The translations under genes were made by a program, and so were the position numbers. From Thermoplasmata archaeon (GTDB lineage Archaea > Thermoplasmatota > Thermoplasmata > Thermoplasmatales > GCA-001856825), in contig JAKBNO010000022.1 in the NCBI GenBank assembly GCA_021831005.1, positions 1 through 34,015 on the forward strand: a DNA stretch of 34,015 bases, written 5' to 3'. Positions 16,679 to 24,557 of this stretch are shown here, piece by piece. Under the pieces are notes generated by a model. It was not told the origin of the DNA and searched no databases. It was given only the letters and a program-made list of their open reading frames with translations. Position 1 is the stretch's first letter. The number at the start of each line of letters is the position of its first letter.

Positions 16679-17959
16679 ATGAGTCTGAAGATTCTTTACA
16701 GTTTTGGACAGATGGGAGTAAATTTGCCAGGATACTTCTTTGTTTACCTTTGGACGATCTATTCCCCTCACGGAGGAACACAGCTTATGCCGGCCTACAT
16801 GCTCGGGGCTGCGTATGGCGTCGGCGTCATAATACAGGCCATCGCAAATCCGTTCATTGGGAATAAGAGTGATAAGCTCAAGTGGAAGATGGGACGGAGG
16901 AGACCATTCATACTGACTGGTTTCATTCCTCTTGCCATCAGTTTCCTTCTATTGTTCAGACCTATATCTACCAACCAGATTGCCAACTTCATCTATGTTT
17001 CAGTCGACTTTGCCATTTACAATTTCCTCTACGCGTTTGTGGTGCTTCCCTACCTTGCAATGATACCTGAGATTTCACTCAATTCAAATGACAGGGTAAA
17101 GCTACTGAGCGTTGGCTCCTATTTCAATGCAATTCCCACGATTCTTCTCCTCTTCATAGCAGGTATTCTACTCGGCAGGGGGTATTCTTTCTTCGACGTA
17201 GGTGCAATGGTGTCCGTCGTGATCATAATCTCTTTTCTCGTACCATTAGTCTCAATCAGGAGGGAAAAATTCCAATCGCTTTCTCCACAGTCGTATAATC
17301 TTCAGAAGGCACTTGGAAGCACCCTGAGAAATAGGACATTCTTGATGTTCATTGCCGCCTACGTGTTCATAATTTTCGGAATGTATTCTTTCGTCAATGC
17401 TATAACGTACTACACCGGGATAGTCATCCTTCCAGGTAGCTCCGAACCAACATATTCTAGCTACTCTTCATTCATTCTCGCTATAATATTCGTCTTCCTG
17501 GCGATATTTTCGGTTGTAACCATTAAGATTTCAAAGAAACTGAACAAGAAAAAGGCGATGATCATACTCTCCTCCGTCCTTGCAATTGGAATGGTTTTGC
17601 TCGGTGTAATGCCTTCAAATCCACCTCTTGAATTGCTAATTCCCATCCTCGCCGTAGTTGGAATGGGAGCAACCGCCCCGATAATCCTTACCTATGCAAT
17701 TTTATCAGACATCATTGATGAGGATGAGTTAAAGACGGGATATAGGAGGGAAGGAATGTACTTTGGAATCCAAGGACTGATCGAGAGAGTCCCATATGCA
17801 CTATCTGGAGCTTTTGTTGGACTGTACTACTCGGCTGTTTATCTTCCATCATCCTCACAAACTGCTATGAGATATCTTGCATTCATCGCAGCTCTTTCGA
17901 CTGCCATAATGGTTGTAATTTTTTCAAGGGTACCACTTAAGGAGAAACTGAAAGGGTAG
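16679..17959 (+). CDS. Glycoside-pentoside-hexuronide (GPH) family sugar:cation symporter
   Basis: It has about 12 TM segments. The N-terminus MSLKILYSFGQMGVNL and the loop GNKSDKLKWKMGRRRPFIL match the GPH D..G.RRP signature. The ORF is open from the ATG at 16604 (coupled to the LmbE stop), but the ATG at 16679 gives the canonical N-terminus. Confidence 0.75.
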   Translation: MSLKILYSFGQMGVNLPGYFFVYLWTIYSPHGGTQLMPAYMLGAAYGVGVIIQAIANPFIGNKSDKLKWKMGRRRPFILTGFIPLAISFLLLFRPISTNQIANFIYVSVDFAIYNFLYAFVVLPYLAMIPEISLNSNDRVKLLSVGSYFNAIPTILLLFIAGILLGRGYSFFDVGAMVSVVIIISFLVPLVSIRREKFQSLSPQSYNLQKALGSTLRNRTFLMFIAAYVFIIFGMYSFVNAITYYTGIVILPGSSEPTYSSYSSFILAIIFVFLAIFSVVTIKISKKLNKKKAMIILSSVLAIGMVLLGVMPSNPPLELLIPILAVVGMGATAPIILTYAILSDIIDEDELKTGYRREGMYFGIQGLIERVPYALSGAFVGLYYSAVYLPSSSQTAMRYLAFIAALSTAIMVVIFSRVPLKEKLKG

Positions 17960-18019
17960 GAACAGCAAAGAGAATAGGTCTCACTGAAATTCTTATGGGT
18001 GATATAGTGAAAACCAAAA

Positions 18020-18187
18020 ATGAAGATTGTCTACGGTTCCAAAAGTAGATCACAAATAGGCGCAGCCAGATTTCCAGTCAATAACAGAAACGTAGTGTTC
18101 ACGATTGCAGCGCTCGCTTCTATATTCGCTGTAGTTCATGGCGCTGGAATTGTGAGATTCAAGAAGAGAACGATACTTCAGTTTTAG
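18020..18187 (+). CDS. Possible small membrane protein (55 aa), below the ORF-track cutoff
   Basis: An ATG-initiated ORF reads MKIVYGSKSRSQIGAARFPVNNRNVVFTIAALASIFAVVHGAGIVRFKKRTILQF. It has one clear TM helix followed by a basic RFKKR anchor. It fills an otherwise empty 270-bp spacer. Confidence 0.3.
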   Translation: MKIVYGSKSRSQIGAARFPVNNRNVVFTIAALASIFAVVHGAGIVRFKKRTILQF

Positions 18188-18230
18188 ATTTAAATTCAAA
18201 GTCTTTATAGGTACGATTGCTGACAAGCAT

Positions 18231-19109
18231 ATGTCTACCATTCAGTTCTATTGGGTGGATGTTTTTGCAAAGAAGAGATTTGAAGGTAATCAGCTAGCTG
18301 TGTTTCCAGAAGTGAATAAGCTTGATGGAAGTACTATGCAGAAAATAGCAACGGAAATGAATCTCTCCGAAACAACCTTTGTCACCGGTTCCGAAGTTGA
18401 CAGGGATGGCAAAATAAGTTTCAAGACCAGAATATTCACAAAGAACGAGGAACTGCCGTTCGCGGGTCATCCGACACTGGGCACTGCTTATGTATTGAAA
18501 CAACTGTATGGTGGAGATGAAATCTGGCTTTCCCTCAAGGTGGGAAAGATCAGAGTCAAGTTTTCAGAACTTGGAGAAGGAGTAACCGGTGAGATGACTC
18601 AGAAAGACCCATCGTTCGGTAAGGTTCACGATGCAGGCACTATGGCCAGGATCTATGGCATCAAGAAAGCGGAAATAGACGACAAACTCAAAATACAGAC
18701 AGTCTCGACGGGAATCCCATTCATAATACTACCAGTGAAAACTCTGAAGACGATACAGAGGCTTACTCCAGACAATAAAGCGATGGAAGAATACCTGAAG
18801 GAGTCAGATGCAAAGTTCATTTACGTTGTGACACAAGAAACAGAGTCGGAAGAGTCTAGGATCCACGCTAGAATGCTCTACTATGGAGGAGAAGACCCTG
18901 CTACCGGATCTGCAGCTGGTCCTGCGACGGCATGGCTATTGAGCCAGAATCTGATCGAATCTGATAAGGTGTATTCTATAGAACAAGGTTCTGAAGCTCG
19001 AAGACCAAGCATAATTTATGTGCGTGGTTCAAAGAAGGGCAAGGCAATTTCAAACATAAAGGTAGGAGGTAAGTGCTTCATCATCTCAAAAGGAGAAATG
19101 ACTCTCTGA
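18231..19109 (+). CDS. PhzF-family isomerase/epimerase-like protein
   Basis: The ORF is 292 aa. It has the N-terminal VDVFAKKRFEGNQLAVF and LSETTFV blocks typical of the PhzF/DAP-epimerase-fold family. Confidence 0.8.
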   Translation: MSTIQFYWVDVFAKKRFEGNQLAVFPEVNKLDGSTMQKIATEMNLSETTFVTGSEVDRDGKISFKTRIFTKNEELPFAGHPTLGTAYVLKQLYGGDEIWLSLKVGKIRVKFSELGEGVTGEMTQKDPSFGKVHDAGTMARIYGIKKAEIDDKLKIQTVSTGIPFIILPVKTLKTIQRLTPDNKAMEEYLKESDAKFIYVVTQETESEESRIHARMLYYGGEDPATGSAAGPATAWLLSQNLIESDKVYSIEQGSEARRPSIIYVRGSKKGKAISNIKVGGKCFIISKGEMTL

Positions 19110-19134
19110 CTTTCTTTTAATGAGAGAGGAAAAG

Positions 19135-19150
19135 GCTGTCATTTGACAGC
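19135..19150 (+). other. Perfect hairpin GCTGTC-ATTT-GACAGC between the PhzF-family gene and the Cys/Met PLP gene
   Basis: A 6-bp stem with a 4-nt loop was read directly. It lies 26 nt after the PhzF stop and just upstream of a TATA-like gattaaatat (about 19155-19164) that precedes the ATG at 19186. It could be a terminator element or a protein-binding palindrome. Confidence 0.3.
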
Positions 19151-19185
19151 AAGATGATTAAATATCAGCCACATGTTCTCTACTC

Positions 19186-20349
19186 ATGGCAGTTGGATTC
19201 AACACAAGGGCAGTGCAGGCCGGTGAATTTAGGGATGAAAGAACTGGTAACGTGACTACTCCGATATATGAGACATCAACTTTTTATAATCCGAATCCAA
19301 ATCCTTCAGCGTACAAAGACCACACGAGAAACAAACCTTTCATGTACACGAGATGGGGTAATCCCACGCTTGAATCCCTAGAGAAAAAATATGCTGCTCT
19401 CGATGGTGTTGAGGAGTCGCTTTCTTTCTCTACCGGTATGGGTGCCATAACCTCCGCTGTAATGTCATTACTTAAAAAGGGTGATAGACTTCTCTCAATG
19501 AAAGAGCTCTATGGAGAGACGTTCTTGTTCTTCACGAAGTATTTACCATCAATAGGGATAAATGTTGATCTTGTCAAGCTGGATGAACTCAATTCGGGAA
19601 GAGTGAACCTTAAAGGCTACGCTGGATTGTACGCAGAGTCCATAGCTAATCCGACTCTAAAGGTCTGCGACCTTAGCCTTCTGGGTAAGATGTCAGCGGA
19701 GGCCGGAGTTCCGTTGTTGGTAGATGCTACGTTTGCCAGCCCCTACAACCAGAATCCAGCCAGGCTGGGGGCAGCATATACGCTTCACAGCGGTACAAAA
19801 TACATAGGTGGACACAGTGACATCATGCTAGGCCTTGCAGGTTTCGAGAAAAAGAACATGGACACAGTCTGGGCCAAAAGGAAAATGTTCGGTGCCACTC
19901 CAGATCCGATACAGGCATATCTCGGACTCAGAGGATTGAAGACTCTTGGCCTGAGAATGAAAACGCACAACCGGAACGCAATGGAGATTGCCAGGTTCCT
20001 ATCTACCCACAGGAAAGTGGATAAGGTATTCTACCCAGGACTTGAAGGATTTGAGTACAATGAAGTTGCTAAGAGAAATTTGACGGGGTTCGGCGGAATG
20101 GTCTCCTTCGAGTTAGCTGGGGGGCTGGACGCAGTTAAGGACATGGCTGGAAAACTCAAGATATTCTCATACGCTCCAAGCCTGGGCGGAGTCGAATCAC
20201 TTTTCACTCTTCCTGTTGAAACCTCACATCTTAGTTTGACTCCAGCTGAAAGAATGGAAGCCGGAATTGCGGAAGGACTTGTCCGCATGTCGGTTGGAAT
20301 TGAAGATAAAGAAGATCTCATAGAGGATCTAAAGAATGCTCTAGGATGA
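19186..20349 (+). CDS. Cys/Met-metabolism PLP-dependent enzyme (cystathionine gamma-synthase/lyase or O-acylhomoserine sulfhydrylase type)
   Basis: The ORF is 387 aa. It has the PLP-lysine motif HSGTKYIGGHSD and the C-terminal block LVRMSVGIED typical of this family. Confidence 0.9.
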   Translation: MAVGFNTRAVQAGEFRDERTGNVTTPIYETSTFYNPNPNPSAYKDHTRNKPFMYTRWGNPTLESLEKKYAALDGVEESLSFSTGMGAITSAVMSLLKKGDRLLSMKELYGETFLFFTKYLPSIGINVDLVKLDELNSGRVNLKGYAGLYAESIANPTLKVCDLSLLGKMSAEAGVPLLVDATFASPYNQNPARLGAAYTLHSGTKYIGGHSDIMLGLAGFEKKNMDTVWAKRKMFGATPDPIQAYLGLRGLKTLGLRMKTHNRNAMEIARFLSTHRKVDKVFYPGLEGFEYNEVAKRNLTGFGGMVSFELAGGLDAVKDMAGKLKIFSYAPSLGGVESLFTLPVETSHLSLTPAERMEAGIAEGLVRMSVGIEDKEDLIEDLKNALG

Positions 20350-20395
20350 CGGCACCACTTATAGTTGAACACCGAGAAATGAAAGTACATCCATT

Positions 20396-21763
20396 TCAAA
20401 GCTTAAAGTCAAGTTTAAATTCCTTTCCAACTTCTTCAAATATCTTCTTTTCTATTTCAACGCCAGCCGAAAGATAGCACTGCTTAGCACTTTCATATCC
20501 ATTTTCTCCTAATTTTTCCGAACCCTCTCCTACTGCTGAAAGCAGCATCTCACTAGCGGTGTCAAAATCTCCCGCTGGGAAGACGTAGCCATTAGATCCA
20601 TTGATAACTAGCTCGCTTACGCCTGTTCCGCTGCTCACCACAACCGGTTTCTTGTTGACCCAACCTTCAAGGATCGTCATCCCGAAACCTTCGAGCGTTG
20701 AGGTTAGAAGTACCACGGAAGCCAAGCTGTAAGCCGCTTTTAGCTCATCCTTTGATGAATGCCCAAGGAACGTTACCTTATCTTCCAACTTGAGTTCCTT
20801 AACCAGTCCCTCAAGTTCCGTCCTCCACGCTCCTCCTTTTCTAAATCCAAGTCCTCCTCTGGAGGAAGATGAAAAACTGCCGTTTCCGATGAGTACCAGT
20901 CTTAATTTTTCTTTTTTTGCTGCCTTGGCAAAAGCTCTTATCCCGATATCCTGGGATTTTATGCGATCCATTCTCGCTACTATAATCACCAATTTTTCAT
21001 CAGATTTCAGGCCCACTTTTTCTTTGAATTTGTCAAATTCTGAAGAGCTCGGAGGATCGGTCCACTCCCGGGGATCTACGTATGGGTACAGCTGATATGC
21101 CCTTCCTCTGTAATCGGATTTTATCAACCCTTCAAGATCTCTTCTTGTGCTAACGACGACTGCATCAAAACTTTCCATACCTTTGACGACGATCCTTCTC
21201 GCAAAAGTTCCCATCTTTTCAGGGACGAAAGGTATGTGCCATCGAAGTATTGCTGGTGCTGCAGGACCTATAGCTGTGCCCGTCATAAGAAGTTGGAAGT
21301 CTTGTATATAGAAAAGATCGATGTCTCTCATGTACTCAAACATTTTAGTTGAGTTTTGCCAGTTGTAGGTTGCGTAGGCATTGAATTCTTCTTGAGTGAA
21401 TTTTGATCTTCCAGCTCCGTGAATTTCCGACCATAGACCTTCTTTGAACCCAGTATAGTTCCTCAAGACTCGCTCGTCCACCTCCACGTGAGAAATCGTG
21501 AGATTTCCCATGGACAGTCTAGGGGGATAATTCACCCCTAGGGAAACCCATACAACTTTTTCTAGAAATCCTTCTTCCATCATTGTTTTGACTGACGGGT
21601 AGAGCATGTTAGTCACTCCTCCAGGAGTGAACTCGTAATCAATTCCTTCCTCCAGACTCTGAATATCTAAAGGATCCGGTAGTTCTCCGTACTTTTCAAG
21701 GAGGTCGTTATAACTTAATTTGAACCTCAATATCGGAGTTTGACTGGCCACACATATTTTCAT
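20396..21763 (-). CDS. GT-B fold retaining glycosyltransferase (GT4-like) with an OtsA/TreT-like N-terminal domain
   Basis: It has a C-terminal E-x7-E motif (EGFGMTILEGWVNKKPVVVS). The N-domain blocks IQDFQLLMTG and RWHIPFVPEK resemble the HDYHL and FLHIPFP blocks of trehalose-phosphate-synthase-like enzymes. The start is set at the ATG at 21763 (MKICVASQ), because the 37-aa extension of the ORF looks non-coding. Confidence 0.75.
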   Translation of the reverse strand: MKICVASQTPILRFKLSYNDLLEKYGELPDPLDIQSLEEGIDYEFTPGGVTNMLYPSVKTMMEEGFLEKVVWVSLGVNYPPRLSMGNLTISHVEVDERVLRNYTGFKEGLWSEIHGAGRSKFTQEEFNAYATYNWQNSTKMFEYMRDIDLFYIQDFQLLMTGTAIGPAAPAILRWHIPFVPEKMGTFARRIVVKGMESFDAVVVSTRRDLEGLIKSDYRGRAYQLYPYVDPREWTDPPSSSEFDKFKEKVGLKSDEKLVIIVARMDRIKSQDIGIRAFAKAAKKEKLRLVLIGNGSFSSSSRGGLGFRKGGAWRTELEGLVKELKLEDKVTFLGHSSKDELKAAYSLASVVLLTSTLEGFGMTILEGWVNKKPVVVSSGTGVSELVINGSNGYVFPAGDFDTASEMLLSAVGEGSEKLGENGYESAKQCYLSAGVEIEKKIFEEVGKEFKLDFKL

Positions 21764-21834
21764 CTGATACCAATAGAAGTAATCATTAAAAGGTTTCTTA
21801 CAACGGTTTGAGCAAGAAAGCAACTGAGTTTGCG

Positions 21835-22050
21835 ATGTGGATGAATTGCGGAAACCTAAATATAAGCCTCGCAAATATCAATTCAGTACCCTGGGGCACA
21901 GGGGAATTAAAGCCTGATAAACCTGTAAAAAAGGCGGGAGATTTAATAAGACCTTCCGACTGTATGAAGAAGGCACTGTCGATGAAGCAGGAACCTCCAA
22001 TCGCTTGCGATGGAGAGGATGTCAGAAAATGCTTGAGAATTAGCGACTGA
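21835..22050 (+). CDS. Possible hypothetical small protein (71 aa)
   Basis: This is the ATG-initiated part of the 21808-22050 ORF and is divergent from the glycosyltransferase. I recognise no motif, and its coding status is uncertain. Confidence 0.25.
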   Translation: MWMNCGNLNISLANINSVPWGTGELKPDKPVKKAGDLIRPSDCMKKALSMKQEPPIACDGEDVRKCLRISD

Positions 22051-22158
22051 AGAGCTGCAAAAAATCCAGACCCACTCTCAGTTGCCAGTTCTACTAATCT
22101 TGGGTAAACGATTGTATTGTATTTATAAGAAGTAATTACACACTATTCCGTTAAGCTG

Positions 22159-22293
22159 GTGCAATTCAGTATAATCTCACTAATAGCAGTCAACTGGAAC
22201 AAGAGTCAGACCAGAGCAATAGTGTTGGCAGTATTGGGATTCATAGCCGGCGGAGTTGGAAAGCTTAAGTATTTGATTTTCAAGGTAGATTAA
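22159..22293 (+). CDS. Possible 44-aa hydrophobic peptide translationally coupled to the methyltransferase
   Basis: A GTG-initiated ORF reads VQFSIISLIAVNWNKSQTRAIVLAVLGFIAGGVGKLKYLIFKVD. It has two hydrophobic stretches, and its TAA stop overlaps the methyltransferase ATG (TAATG at 22291-22295). Confidence 0.25.
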   Translation: MQFSIISLIAVNWNKSQTRAIVLAVLGFIAGGVGKLKYLIFKVD

Positions 22294-22907
22294 TGCTAAA
22301 AGATGATTTCTGGGATTACTTCAACAAGAAAGGTGTATCCAAAGAAGATGTAAAGAAGCTATTGAAGCAGAGCGACCAAGTTGTAGATTACGAACGAAGT
22401 GTACTGAAGAATGGAAGATACTGGCAAATTTCCAAGGACGAAGTCAGGTCGTTGTACTCTGTTATTAAGGAAAAGGAACCCAAGATAGTCATAGAAACAG
22501 GCATGGGCTCTGGTGTGTCAACCACAAGCATTCTTAGTGCGATGGGACCGAAAGGGAAATTGATAAGCATCGATCCAGGAATCCCGTACGGAAAGGGAGA
22601 CAAAGAAGTAGGTTTCATAATTCCAGCAAATCTTAGATCGAACCTCACTTATGTGAAAGGAACATCTTCTGAAAAGTTGAAGGGCACTCTGAGCTCTATT
22701 AAAAAATTGGATGTATTTTTCCACGACTCGGACCATTCTTATGAGAACGTAATGTTTGAGCTTAACTCTGTTTGGTCAAAGATGGAAAAAGATCCACTGA
22801 TAATTGTGGACAATTTTGATTGGTCAGAAGCAGCGAGTGACTTTGCGAGAGAGAAGGGAATGAAACTGAGAAATATTGCCGACGATCTCGCTTTGATTTC
22901 CAAGTGA
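22293..22907 (+). CDS. Class I SAM-dependent methyltransferase (Methyltransf_24 / O-methyltransferase-like)
   Basis: The ORF is 204 aa. It has SAM motif I (IVIETGMGSGVSTTSIL) and the FHDSDHSYENV block typical of this small-methyltransferase group. Confidence 0.7.
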   Translation: MLKDDFWDYFNKKGVSKEDVKKLLKQSDQVVDYERSVLKNGRYWQISKDEVRSLYSVIKEKEPKIVIETGMGSGVSTTSILSAMGPKGKLISIDPGIPYGKGDKEVGFIIPANLRSNLTYVKGTSSEKLKGTLSSIKKLDVFFHDSDHSYENVMFELNSVWSKMEKDPLIIVDNFDWSEAASDFAREKGMKLRNIADDLALISK

Positions 22908-22918
22908 AAGTTCCTATT

Positions 22919-23692
22919 TCACTTCCCATTGATAAAGTCTGTGGAATTCGTAATCTCCCTTGCTCCGGTATCGATTCCAGTCAGCCAGTAGAAGTCTTGA
23001 AACATTCTTGATTTCATTTCGCGGATATGCCTGGATTCGTAGTGCCTGAACTCGAAGTCAGTGCTGGTTCGGTAAAGTATAAGGTTGCTTGCATTTCCCT
23101 TGTATCTTGCCTTCTTATCTCCAGACAATAACTGTCGCCACTCCTCATCACCAATCTTACCCTCTGAACGTCTTATAATTGACTCCGCAGCAATTCTGAC
23201 AAAATTCCACGAAAATGACCTTCCTTCAAACAAGAAAACCGTATGGGATGAGCCTACCGAAAACAAAATTCTGGAAAGCACGACTTTTTTTGTAGGGTCT
23301 CTAGAAAATGATTCCAATTTTCCCTCCAGAAACTGCTTAATCACTCTTTGCAGGAGGCGTTTATTCAAACGTCTATCACAAAAATAAACATACTCTTTTT
23401 GAAGCGATTTCCTGAGGTTCACAAATTCGTCTGTTTCAAAATACCCCCTTACCATAATTCCCTTAATTGAATCGACTATCTTGCAGACCTTCAGTGGATC
23501 ACTATGCGCCACTTCTATTATCGAGGAGGCAGATCTTACGTGCGAGTCTGTCCTTGATGATCCATAGACTTTATTGACTCCGATTGGGGCAAGCGCCTTT
23601 AGTATTTCGCCCTGTACTGTTCTCAAGTTGGGCTGGACCTGGAATCCAAAGAACGAATCGTCATATGCTATCTTGAGCAGGCAGTATCTCAT
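22919..23692 (-). CDS. truA: tRNA pseudouridine(38-40) synthase TruA
   Basis: The N-terminus MRYCLLKIAYDDSFFGFQVQP and the catalytic-Asp block GSSRTDSHVRSAS (canonical GRTDAGVHA) are present. The start is set at the ATG at 23692. It overlaps the 3' end of the upstream EndoV fusion gene by 32 nt. Confidence 0.8.
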   Translation of the reverse strand: MRYCLLKIAYDDSFFGFQVQPNLRTVQGEILKALAPIGVNKVYGSSRTDSHVRSASSIIEVAHSDPLKVCKIVDSIKGIMVRGYFETDEFVNLRKSLQKEYVYFCDRRLNKRLLQRVIKQFLEGKLESFSRDPTKKVVLSRILFSVGSSHTVFLFEGRSFSWNFVRIAAESIIRRSEGKIGDEEWRQLLSGDKKARYKGNASNLILYRTSTDFEFRHYESRHIREMKSRMFQDFYWLTGIDTGAREITNSTDFINGK

Positions 23693-24557
23693 CTTTGTAC
23701 CTCCTGGACAATCTGTCCGAATGCTTGGTCTGGGGGAAGTGTCCTTCATTCGTCAGGAATTGCACACTCGCTTCTAGATCTGCTAAATAACCCGTTGAAA
23801 CAAAATACTTCCCGACTCTCCTACCTATCTTTTTAGCTCCCAAGATTATCTCTCCCTCTCTCTCATGTCCAATCAACAGACTCTTAGCAATCCCCACAGT
23901 TTCGACATTCTTCGATACACCAACGAGTGTGGCGACACCCCTACCATCTCTATGAATTATTCCATTCCCGTCAATCACATTCACAGCTTCTTTTTTCACC
24001 AGCATTTCAAGGATCTCTCCTTCCCGAAGGTAGAGATAATTAGGAATGTAAGGAGATTTTGCTTCTCTTACCGCAACTTCATAACTGAGGCCATCCTGGA
24101 AATCAACGGCTACACCTACACCCCTTCTTCCAGAATAGGAAATGTCTAATGCAACTACTCTATCAGAAAGTTCATCTTCCTTTTCCAAGTCAATCCTGTT
24201 CGCTTCCTCCCTAAATTTCTTGAGAGGAAAATTAGATTTGAACTCGTCAAATCTGATTCTGTTGTAGTCCTCGACTCTGCCATTTGATATCCGAATGCCA
24301 TCCTTCCTGAGTCTTCTTATCTTTTCCTCTACCCCATTGGGATTAGTATAACCACCCAATTTTCCATCCGACATTATGACCCTGTAACAGGGAAGATTGT
24401 CTGGATCATCGTTCTCTGAAAGCATTTCTCCAACGGCCCTTGAAGCAATAATGTCTCCGAGCTGCAAAGCCAAATCTCCATATGTTGAAATGTATCCGTC
24501 AGGGATTTGAGCTAAAAGATCGTAGAATTCCTTGTAAATGTTGGGCTTGTCAATCAT
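23661..24557 (-). CDS. nfi: Fusion protein: N-terminal O6-alkylguanine-DNA alkyltransferase-like domain plus C-terminal endonuclease V
   Basis: Residues 1-85 read IPDGYISTYGDLA...ASRAVGEML..N....LPCYRVIMSDGKLGGY, the AGT helix-turn-helix and active-site region. Residues from about 130 to the end carry EndoV blocks: VALDISYS, PYIPNYLYLREG, VIDGNGIIHRDGRGVATLVGV and VGIAKSLL. Confidence 0.85.
   Translation of the reverse strand: MIDKPNIYKEFYDLLAQIPDGYISTYGDLALQLGDIIASRAVGEMLSENDDPDNLPCYRVIMSDGKLGGYTNPNGVEEKIRRLRKDGIRISNGRVEDYNRIRFDEFKSNFPLKKFREEANRIDLEKEDELSDRVVALDISYSGRRGVGVAVDFQDGLSYEVAVREAKSPYIPNYLYLREGEILEMLVKKEAVNVIDGNGIIHRDGRGVATLVGVSKNVETVGIAKSLLIGHEREGEIILGAKKIGRRVGKYFVSTGYLADLEASVQFLTNEGHFPQTKHSDRLSRRYKDEILPAQDSI

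Noticed and set aside
18050-18241. A 63-aa minus-strand ORF in the symporter/PhzF spacer.
   Set aside because: Its composition is implausible, it overlaps the PhzF start codon, and it has no promoter-like sequence upstream. The plus-strand 55-aa TM ORF explains the open frame better.
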